Below are positions 1 through 11,000 of a DNA stretch of 64,000 bases, piece after piece (the stretch's first letter is position 1; the number at the start of each line of letters is the position of its first letter). The notes under the pieces are model-generated. The model had not been told where the DNA came from. It worked only from the letters and a program-made list of their open reading frames with translations, and did not search any database. The DNA comes from Malacoraja senta (Eukaryota), in contig JAXLNO010000079.1 of the NCBI GenBank assembly GCA_038087875.1, forward strand, positions 1 through 64,000, read 5' to 3'. The position numbers and the translations under genes were made by a program.

Positions 1-250
1 ATAAGGGGGAAGTCTTTTAGGACCGAGATGAGGAAAAACATTTTTCACACAGAGTGGTGAATCTGTGGAATTCTCTGCCACAGAAGGTAGTTGAGGCCAG
101 TTCATTGGCTATATTTAAGAGGGAGTTAGATGTGGCCCTTGTGGCTAAAAGGATCAGGGGGTATGGAGAGAAGGCAGGTACAGGATACGGAGTTGGATGA
201 TCAGCCATGATCATATTGAATGGCCTACTCCTGCACCTATTTTCTATGTT
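1..250 (+). mobile_element. CR1-type LINE 3' end
   Basis: ORF2 C-terminus (FTQRVVNLWNSLP...GYGEKAGTG) and 3' UTR ending ttctatg, same as many other copies in the window. Confidence 0.85.
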
Positions 251-1559
251 TTTTGTTTGTTTATTATGATATCCATTGAACATTATGTTTACAAACCCTG
301 TTGTGCTGCTATAAGTAAGTTTCATTGTTCTGTTCGGGTACATATGACATTAAACACTCCACTGGAGATGCTTCCTGACCCGTTGAATTACCTCTCAATC
401 CTATTCTCCTGCCTTCTCCCCATAACCCCTGTCACACTTACTAATCAACAATCTGTCAATCTCCACCTTAGAAATATCCAATGACAGCCTCCACAGCTGT
501 CTGTGACACATATTCAATTGTGTAGGAAGGAACTGCAGATGCTGGTTTACACCAAAGATGGACACAAAATGCTGGAGTAACTCAGTGGGACAGGCAGCAT
601 ATATGGAGAACATGGATAGTCGACGATTTTTGTAAACCAGCATCTGCGTGTCTCCATCATTACAGTTGTATGCTATCACTACCCAGAGGGAGAAATGTAG
701 GGGGACAAATGTGAACAAGGCATGCACGGCATTCATTCATGCATACAGTAGACCGTTATTGTGCATTCCAGTTACTCTAATTTAAACCAGGCAGTGGCAC
801 TATTAAGGATAGGGACGACGAGGAATTAATAAAAAGTGTCTTGTATATGCCTGGAAGATGCTGTTGCTGCTCGAAGGAGAATTAGACCTGAAGGGTCTCG
901 ACCCAAAATGTCACCCCCTCCTTCTCTCCAGAAATGCTGCCTGACGCGCTGAGTTACTCCAGCATTTTGCACCAATCCAATTCAGTTTTGCAATCTACAA
1001 ATAATAAGGAATAATTATAGGTGTATCCTTGGGGATTTGTCCTAACATCCGATTGTTGATATAATGCTCCTTGACACATATTCGGTACTATTTTCAAACC
1101 TGCAGCACATGTAAGCGGCACAAAAGCAGTCTGAGTGAATGGCGCCTCACTCCTCCCCCAGCTCGCAGCCATTTTATACTCGCGACCTGAGTACTTCACG
1201 TGGCTTCGCGTCCAAAATATTAACATTTATTGACAAATAAAACGACAGCTTTAGAAAAGAGCAGACATTACAAGGGGCGATGACTTTCTTTTACATCTTC
1301 GATAAAGAGGAGAGTTATTGGTGCTTTATTGCAGCCTTTTCCCGGCGCGCTGCTCCGCCATTTTACAACAGTCCTTGGCTTCACCAAACCCTCTGCTCCA
1401 GAGTTACTGCAGAAGCCCCTTGTTATGACATGGAAGGTAGATAACATGCTGGAGAAACTTAGCGGGTGAGGCAACATCTATGGAGAGAAGGAATTGACGA
1501 CGTTTCGTGTCGAGACCCTTTTCAGACATGGTCACTACACATTGTCCACAGTTCCCGGT

Positions 1560-1850
1560 GCTGAGCGGAAGAGCCGCCGCAGCCATCTTGCAGCCGCTTC
1601 GTGCGAGTGCACGTGACGCTGCTGGCGCTGCTTTGATTGGCCGCTACCGCTGACCAATGGGCTTCGTGCTGCGCTCCGTAACCGCGATGGTGATTGGCGG
1701 AGACCAGGGCCACCCCGTAACCCGGCGTCTGATTGGTCACCTCACGGTGGGGGTGGGTCTGCTGGGGGCGGAACGGAAGGCTCAAAACCGTGACGTCAGC
1801 AGCGGCAGTTCCTTTGCTGCGCAGCTCGTGCCGCCGCCACACGTGGTCCC
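1560..1850 (+). promoter_or_regulatory. NCL: NCL CpG-rich promoter
   Basis: CCAAT boxes at 1636-1640 (rev), 1654-1658, 1693-1697 (rev), 1732-1736 (rev); GC box 1766-1771; CRE TGACGTCA 1791-1798; pyrimidine tract ttccttt 1809-1815 as possible TSS; E-box CACGTG 1840-1845; CpG-rich sequence continues to about 2560. Confidence 0.7.
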
Positions 1851-1941
1851 GCGCCGTCCGAGCTGTGTGTGTCTCTGTGTGGATCAGCGCCGAGCCGAGC
1901 CGTGTGTGTGTGTGGGAGTACCAGCACCGGGCCCTATCTGT

Positions 1942-2020
1942 CTGTCTGTGCGAGCGGGAGAATCAGCCTCAGAGCCGTGTCTGTCTGTACGAGCGGGAGA
2001 ATCTGCCCTCAGAGCCGTCT
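1942..2020 (+). repeat. About 39-bp tandem duplication in NCL 5' UTR
   Basis: ctgtctgt(g/a)cgagcgggagaatc...ctcagagccgt occurs twice in tandem. Confidence 0.75.
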
Positions 2021-2055
2021 GTCCGAAAATAATCAGCGCGTCGCACGGTAGCACA

Positions 2056-2073
2056 ATGGTGAAACTAGTCAAG
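2056..2073 (+). CDS. NCL: NCL coding exon 1 (MVKLVK)
   Basis: ATG 2056, donor gtaggg at 2074; 18-nt first coding exon like mammalian MVKLAK. Confidence 0.9.
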
Positions 2074-5000
2074 GTAGGGTATTGCCGAGTGGGCTGGAGC
2101 GCTGAGGGAAGCGCCGCTCCGAGCGGGGCCTTGATCACCTCCCGGAGCCTGAGGGCGCGACCATGTGAAGGCCGCTCGCGAATTCAGATGATCGGCTCCG
2201 CCGGCCCTTCTCCCGGCCTCTGCCCGCACCGTCACTCGGCTCCGCGCCCGCCCTCCCGCCGGACGCCGCGCTCCGGGGGAGGAGGGGTTCCCGCCATTGG
2301 CCTTCTGCTCCACATCTCGCGAGCGGACGGGCGGACGGCCGCGACCACCCCTCGTGGCGCACAGTCCCGTGCGTGTGCCCGCCGAGCCCCGCGCGCGCCG
2401 CCGTGCGTGTGCCCGCCGAACCCCGCGTGCGTGCCCGCACAGCCCGTACAGTCGCCTCTCCCCCGTCCGCATGGACGCCTCGCCACGCGCGCGCTCACGG
2501 CCACCGCCTCTCCAGCACATGGAGCACGTGTGACCGACCACAGGCTGACGATCTGCGACTGACTCGCTTGCTTTATCCTATTTAGGACATCTACATAAAT
2601 AATATCGCTAATAATGTATTAGAGTTATGCGTTAAATGGTAGAAGGACCGGCAAACTTGATAAACACCGGGGATGGGAATGATGCTGAACTTGTGTAATA
2701 GGTTTACAGGTCATAATTTTGGTTGGGCAAAAAGGTAGCAACAATTAGCAAAATTTGCGAATCTTTCTTCCCAATGTCTGAATGAAATTGTTTTTATTAC
2801 AAGAATGACGTTTTTACTTTGAATTTTAATTTATTGGAGTGCTATTATCCTGACTGCAGGCAGGAAAAAAGCAGGCAAAACCCAAAAAGGCCGCACCACC
2901 TCCACCGCCAGAGGATTTTGAAGAGTCCAGTTCTGAAGAGGAGAGCGAAGAGGAGGTAATTGTAATAATTGTGTTAAAGAAGGAACTGCAGATGCTGGAA
3001 AATCGAAGGTACACAAAAATGCTGGAGAAACTCAGCGGGTGCGGCAGCATCTATGGAGTTTTGTGTACCTTAATTGTAATAATTGTTTCTTGTAATATTA
3101 ATGTGGGCATCCATGATTCATTTGTAGATTTGTGATAAGCTAAGCCTGGTTGTGAGCTCAAGTCCCTTAATTGATGGAATTTTAAAGAGGAATGGGACAA
3201 TTCCAGTATTCTGATTCCTGGAATAAGGAATTTCAAATATGTACAGACAGGAATCACAAAGTGTTTTCCTGGAACACAGGTTGAGAGGGAATCTGAGGGA
3301 GATAATTACGGTAAAGAAGGATCTAGATAGGGAGAAACGTCCCAAAGGTTAATGGTTAAAGCACCAGAGAATGAGAACGCAGGAGACTGCAGGTGCTGGA
3401 AGTTTGAGCAAAACACAATGTGCTGGCCCATTAAACAGGCCCAATGAGTCTGCACCGACTAGTAATTGCCACACACACTAGGGACAATTTACATTTATAC
3501 CAAGCAAATTAACCTACATGTAGATATCGGAGAAAACTCACGCAGGTCACAAGGAGAACGTACGATCTCCGTACAGACAACCCCCGTATTTACGATCAAA
3601 TCCGGGTCTCTGGCGCTGCCAGCACTGTAAGGCAGCAAATCTACTGCTGCACCCTTGTTCTGGAGGCATCTTCGGAGAGAATGAACAGATGACATTTTGG
3701 GTCGTGACCATTCATGTTTGATCGTGATTTTAATTTGTTTTTAACTTTAAATTTCTTCTAATTTAGGAACTGCCAGCAGCTCCTGTTAAAAAGACTGCCA
3801 CTCCAACTGTTAAGGCAACCCCACAATCTGTCAACAAAAAGAATGGCAAGGCTGTAAAAAAAGAGAGTAGTGAGGACGATGATGACGATGAAGAGGATGA
3901 TGAATCAGGTGAGTATTCCATGTTAGTGCTAGTTTTCATCTGATCTGCATCTACAGCATCTTTCGAGTACGACTCCACAATAGGACTCTTGACAGTGCTG
4001 TTGACACGTAAACATGTGGCCAGATTTTAAAAAGCCTTTAATTGAGGGTATTTCTTGACCGCATTAAATAACTGTAGTTGTAAAACTATTTTCTTCACTG
4101 TTTACTTTCTTTTGATTAATGATTTGGATGAGTGGGTTGAGGGCTTTGTTACCAAGTTTGCAGATAATACGAAAATAAGTGGTGGGGGCAAGTAATGTAG
4201 AGAAAGCTGGAACACTGCTGTAGGACTCTTGACAGGTTGGGAGAGTGGCAGAGAAGTGGCAGATGGAGTGTAGTTTAGCAAAGTGTGGAGTCGTGCATTT
4301 TAGACTATTTTCTAAATGGGGAGAGAGATCCAGAAATCGGAGATGCAAAGGAACTTGGCAGTGCTGGTGAGGATTCCTAAAAAGTTAATCTGCAAGTCAA
4401 ATTGGTAGTAAAGAAAGCAAACACAATGCTAGTTATTTCAAAAGGACTAGAATACAAAAACGGATATAATGCTTAGGGTGGTGAATCTGGAATTCTTTGC
4501 CACAGAAGGTTGTGGAGGCCAAGTCAATGGATATTTTTAAGCATAGATAGATAGGTTCTTGATTAGTATGGGTGTCAGGGGTTATGGGGAGAAGGCAGGA
4601 GAATGAGGTTAGGAGGGAGAGATAGATTAGATGAATACATATGTATGAATTTGGTTCTTACGGTGAAATTAAAGAACATGAAACTTTATAGTAAATACGC
4701 TTTTCATTCAGCAGAAGAAGAATCGGAAGAAGAAAAACCCGTGGCGAAGCAAGCTGCTAATTGATTCAAAAAGTGGCCGATGAGGAGGACGACGACGATG
4801 AGGAAGATGATGATGGTAAATATTATCTCATCGTGCAATTTTACTGAATTGACTGGTACCCATGCACATTTGTGCACTGCTGCGATTCATGGGATCACTT
4901 TTTCTCATTCACTTTTTATTTTGTTGGGAAAATATATTTTGTCATCGATGCCCATCAGTGCACGATATTTATGCCTAGGTGCAAAGTTAAACAAACTGCA

Positions 5001-8000
5001 TCTGCCTGCACGAGCTCTCTTTATCTCTCCATTCCCTCTTTTTCTGCCTGTATAGATGCGTCTTAAATGTAACAATCATTAATGTTTTCGCTTTTAACCT
5101 TGGCGCTGTGTTCCAGTACCTACCTGTGTGTACACACAACTTGCCCTGTCCATCTCTTTTCAAACTTTCACCCTTTGACCATAAAGCTTCCTCTGGTATT
5201 TTAAATAATCCCTGGGAGGAAGCTTATGACTGTCTACTGTATGTTCCTCAATTTTATCAACTTCCATCGGGTCTCCCAGCATTTTCTGATGCTCCATAGA
5301 AGACAATCCATGGTTCAGTCCTGACAATGTCCTGATGAACTCTTTCCCATCCTCTCCAAGGCCTCCACATCCTTCCAGTGATGTGCTGAACAAAATACTG
5401 TTGTAATGTAATTTCTTGACTCTTGTACTCAATGCCCTACCCATTGCTAGCCTTACCCACCCTATATACTTGTGCTTCCACTTTCAGAAAGCTATGGACT
5501 TAGCCAAGACCTCTCAGCACATTGGCGCATTACTGTACACTTTCTACTTGCATTTGACCTGTAAAGTGCAACACCTCACACTTGCCTGTATGAAGCACTA
5601 TCTGTCATTTCTCTCCCTATGTCTGCAAACACCTTTGATATCCATAACGCCGTTTAGTCGCGTGCAAATATGTGCAAAATAGATTTATAGCAGTTATAGA
5701 AGGTGGTTGTTGAATTGACAGGAGGAAAAGCATTTGGTATTTTAGGAATGGAGGGAGAGACTTCCCCTGCTAAGTAAGTAATGCATTTGACAAAGACACG
5801 AGTACTTAGATGTGTTATCCTATTGATAACATTGCCCAGTCCATCACCGGCTCGGACCTCCCCACCATCGAAGGGATGTATCGGAGTCGCTGCCTCAAAA
5901 AGGCAGCCAACATTATCAGAGACCCACACCATCCTGGCCACACACTCATCTCACCACTGCCATCAGGAAGAAGGTACAGGAGCCTGAGAACTAACGTCCA
6001 GGTTCAGGACATCATATCATATACTTATTAAAACTCTGGATGTTTGTCCCTCTTGCTTTTCGAACTTAAATTCACATCTCCTCGAAAACCTGACGCGGTA
6101 ACGGAGACATTTTTACCTCGTGATTTCAAAATCTATCTCACTCTCTCCCTGCCTCCCCTGGGTCTCTACTTTTCGCAGCCACTCCCTCGCCCGGCTCCCT
6201 CCATCTCTCCTCCCTCTTCTCACTCCTCTCCTCCCTCCCCCTCTTTTCCCTCCCCCTCACCTCTACCCCCTCCTCTCTCTCTCCCTTCCCCTCTCCCCCC
6301 CGCCCTGTGGGGGGGGGGGTGGTTAATGTGTGTGACGCCGCAGGCCCCTCCGCAATAAAACACTCTTGATATTGCTTGGTAAATGTTACATTGCAACTTA
6401 CCAAGTACCTCCTTACACTGAGGTTAGCTCTTCCTGTTTCTTTCAGGTCACTTTGTTCATTAGTTCACCAAATGGTATACAGCATAAAAAATGAAAACTG
6501 TTCAGACATCTTGTGACTTTGAGCCATAGGGAGGCTGAAGCTGCAAAATACTTTACACATAGAGCAGTGCAGCATGAGAACATGCCCTTTGACCCTCGGT
6601 ATCAGACACGAAGTTAAACTAAATCGGCCTGCATATCCATGTGCCTATCCAATAGTTTCTTTAATGCTCCAAACGTATCTGCCTCAACCACCACCACTTG
6701 CCACCCTCTTTAAAAAATAAAAATAAAAGCTTGGCCCATAAATCTCCATTAAACGTTTGCACTTCCCTGGGGGAAAAAATCAACCTCCGTGTCATTTTGT
6801 CAGTAAGCCAGTTCATATGACCAAGTTACTGTTAGTCCTGTTCACCATAATTCAACACAATAATCGGGAGAAGACTTGGGGAATCATACTGAACACTCAT
6901 TATGGCTTTATACTCTAATGATGACAGCTGAATCGGAGGTGATTTGATGGAGGTGTATAAACTCATGAGTGGATTAGATTAAATGCATTTGCAACATTAT
7001 TCTGTGTTGATAAATGGTTCTGTATTCAACTGACGAATACTCCAGCATATACAAGGCCCTGTGTTGGAAATCCAGCACTGCCTAATTTTTGCCACCGTAT
7101 TGGGGAATGGTTCTCGGCTGACAATGTTATGTGTTTGTTGCATTGCAGCTGTTTTTGCTAACTTCATAACTGGTTCTCATTTGTATTACTGGCTTCTAAC
7201 CCCATAATGCACCCAAGAATCCCTAACCGATCCAACACCCAAAGGGCTGTCAATAAAAATAGGGGGCGGAAATAGTTTACATTAGTTTTAATCATGGGCA
7301 TGCCACGAGAAGTGATGCAATCAAGTGGAATTCCTTGGCTTGTTTGTGAATCCGAATGCATGTGTTTGGTTTTGGATTCTGTTCACTATGAAAATTGCAC
7401 CTATTCTGAGCCTAGTAGTTTTTCTCCAACACTATTCCTAATCGCTTCTGATTATTTCCTGTTTTGGTTTCTATCAGTTGGATTTTCAGGTACAGGCTTA
7501 TTTGGGTTTTTTAAGCTATTTATATGATTTTTTAGAATCCGAAGAGGAAGAGGCAATGGATACAGCACCTGCACCCAAAGTGAAAAAGGCTGGTATGGTG
7601 AAAGTTAAGGATGATGATGATGAAGAGGAGGAGGAGGATGATGATGAGGATGAGGAGGATGATGACGAAGATGATGACGATGGTGATGACGACGAGGAGG
7701 AAGATGGTAAGTTTAATAGCGTCTAGTAGCTAAACGTTTTGTGCCATGAGAATGAAAAAATCCTCGTGCTACGACGCAGCATTAATTAGTGATCAAAATA
7801 TGTAGCAGAGATGGGTGTGTAGCTGGCTATGTGAATTTTTTTACAAACTCTTCCTGCAATAAGTAAAGTTGTATTTGTAGGGTAGGGATGCTATGGTGTT
7901 TCTAGTGTTCACTGTATGGAGATTCATCATAGAAATCATCCCATCATTAAATACAAACTAATGGAACTGACTTTATTGCAGGCATTAAAGATGCAATCAT

Positions 8001-11000
8001 TGAATGTCTCTTTCCAATTATATATTTTTTTAATGGCTGTTTTAAGTAGAGATTTCCCATTTAGTTGTAACTAATCCATAACTTGGTTTTGGTGTAACAA
8101 GCTTGTCTTATCTGCCATATTTTGTGAATGAATTGTGCAGTACTTGTTAGGCTCAAAAGGGGACAGAGATTTACAAGGACGTTACCAGGACCTGAGCTAT
8201 AAGGTGAGGTTGAGCAGGCTAGAACTTGGAGCGCAGGAGGAATCGGAGGTGATTTGATGGAGGTGTATAAACTCATGAGTGGATTAGATTGGGTAAATGC
8301 AGTTGTTTAACCAGAGTAGTGGAATCCAGAATGAGAGGACATAGGTTTAAGGTGAAGGGGGGGGGAGATTTAATAGGAACATGAGGGGCATATGAACAAG
8401 CTGCCAGAGTAGGTCGTTGAGGCAGGTACTTTCACAGCATTTAAGACTGGTACATGGAGTTGGATGGATATGGGCCAAATGCAAGTAGGTGGGATGAATG
8501 TAAATGACCTTGACCCTAGTGCACGGTTGATTGATGTGGGCAATTCCAGTCCCGTTAGCCCATGTCCCTCAACCTTTCATAAATCGAACAGGCATTTAAA
8601 CTGCCCAATATTGAGGGGTAAACATTTTGGTTTTATCTTTTAGTCTTGCAACATCTTGACAGATATTCTTTTGTTGACTGGATTTTGTTTCTGAAGTAGC
8701 TGTGCCAGTGAAAGCAGGAAAGCGAAAGAAAGATGAGCAGAAGCCAGTGACTCCAGCAAAAAAACAGAAGACTGGCAATTGCGGTGAGTGCAAAGTTGCA
8801 ATTGATTTTGTGAATTTACTTTCGGGCATAGAGCAGTACAGGTATGGGGTCTTTGCTCCAGAAGATGTGTGCGGAACAGTTAAACTGATCTCATCTGCCT
8901 GTAAATGCCCCATGTCCCTCTATTCCTATCACTCTGCATATCTTAAAGCCTCTTAAATGTCACTATTGTATTTACCAGCACAACCCCAGGCAATGCATTC
9001 CAGGCCCTCACGACTGTGTATTTAAATAATATGCCTGGCACATCTCCTTTAAACTTTCCCCCCTCTCACCGTGCAGCTGTGCCCTCTAGTGATGGTCATT
9101 TCCTTTCCACCTGTGGCGAGAAAGGTTCTGACTTTCTACCCTCTCTGCCTCTCATAAATTTTATATACTTCTATCGTGTCTGTCCAATCCCTCTCTGTAG
9201 CCGAAACACTCTAATCCTGTCAGCATTCTGGTAAAACTGCCTTTCCTCTTGTGTGGCGACTGCACACAATGGAGAACTGTGCATAATACTCCAAATGCAG
9301 CCTAACCAAAGCCCCATAGAGCTGTATTATGACTTCCCGAGTCTTGATACACGTAGTTAATACGACAAGCATACCATACGGTGCCTTTACGACCATATCC
9401 ACTCGTGCTGCCACCTTCGGTGAGTTATGAACTTTGACTCCAAGATCCTTCTGCAGATCAATGCTGTTAAAGCGCGACACCTCACACCTGTTGGGTTACA
9501 CTCCGTCTGCCAATTATCCGCCCATTTCTGCAGCTGATCTTTTCCCCACCTTTTTCTGACTGCCTTCCTTGCTGTTTGTGCTTTCTCAAAGCACAGGTCC
9601 CAGCTCAGATCCCCGTGGAATTCCACTGGTCACAGAACTCTGGCCTAAATGTTTTCCTTCCACCACAACCCTCTGTTTTCTACGAATAAGCCAGTTCTGA
9701 ATCCGTACGAACAAGTCATCGTGAATCCTCTACATAATACAATCTACTTAGATGATTCAATCCAAATTGTTGATTCTTTTACTACTTGCACATGTGATGA
9801 CCATCAGAAGGGACTTAATACTGAACCGTGTGATGCTGGATTTATTTCTGATGTGTTGGTAGTGCACCTTATTGATTATTGAAGCCTTGGAGCGATCCTC
9901 TTTTTAAATATTCTCATTTTTTGTCTTCAATCAGCTTTTTCACTTTTTGTTGGAAACCTGAATTCTGAAAAAAACTTTGACGAATTGAAGAAAGCACTGA
10001 ACGACTTCTTCACGAAAAAGAAGCTTACGGTTGCAGGTGTCCGAATTGGATCGAGCAGGTACTTTGGCCACAATTAAAACAGGGAAAAGGTCCATTCAGG
10101 TGCCTAGTTGAGATTAATGAATGGCTGTGTGTGTGTAGATTAGACATTGGCTGGATTGATCTACTGTGGGATCGGATGACTCTTAGCTGATATGACTTGC
10201 CAATTTTTTTTTTTTAAACCAAAAGCAGTGGGCATCATAGGCTTTATATAACCAGAGGTAAAATTTAATATGAAAAAGCCCGTGAATAGTATTTCACATC
10301 TAGCCTTCAATTAACCTCAGCAAGGCATCTGAAAGGATATTTTTTAATATTAGTTGTATTTTAAGTTCTGTTTGCTTTTTTTGTGTGTTTTTAGTGATCG
10401 GTCCCAATTTATATTGATTTTGAGCATTTTACATTTATTGATTAGGAAATTTGGTTATGTGGATTTTGAGACTGAAGAACAATTGGAAAAGGCATTGGAA
10501 TTGAATGGCAACAAAGTGCTGGGGCAAGTGGTGAAACTTGACAGAGCACGCAGCAAGGATAACAACCCAGGTAATCAAGGTACTACAAATCAGCTTTTCT
10601 TTTGCTTTGTACTCTATCCACGGCTATCATCAATTTTGCTGGACATTGGCATAGAGCACACCTTTTGTACTGGGGTTCCCTTGTTTAGGTTTAAGATACA
10701 GCATGCAAACAGCCACTTTGGCGCACCATGTCCCCACAACAATCAAAATCACACTAGTTCCCTATTCATTAGGTGTGGTTTTAGAGGCCAGTTGAGCTAC
10801 AGACCTGCATGTCTTTGGGATGTGGGAAGAAAACCAGAGCCCTTGGAGGAAACTCCACACTGCACCAGACATCAAGATTAAATCTAGGTCTCTGAGGCAG
10901 CTGCACCACTTGTGCTTAAAATCTTGTGTCTAGATCATCTCTTACCTTGTTCATTTCCTTTCTCTTCCAATAGTTCCCCCCTCACGCTGAACGAATAATT

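Noticed and set aside
1657..2562. 301-aa ORF over the NCL promoter and first intron
   Set aside because: GC-rich CpG-island read-through; only MVKLVK is coding, followed by a canonical donor
6918..7033. Possible extra C/D snoRNA (ATGATGA ... CTGA) around the templated insert
   Set aside because: No terminal stem or recognisable rRNA guide, and far from a splice acceptor
10075..10195. Two-hairpin structure with an AGATTA H-like box in an NCL intron
   Set aside because: No properly placed ACA box, weak G-U-rich stems, no recognisable family match
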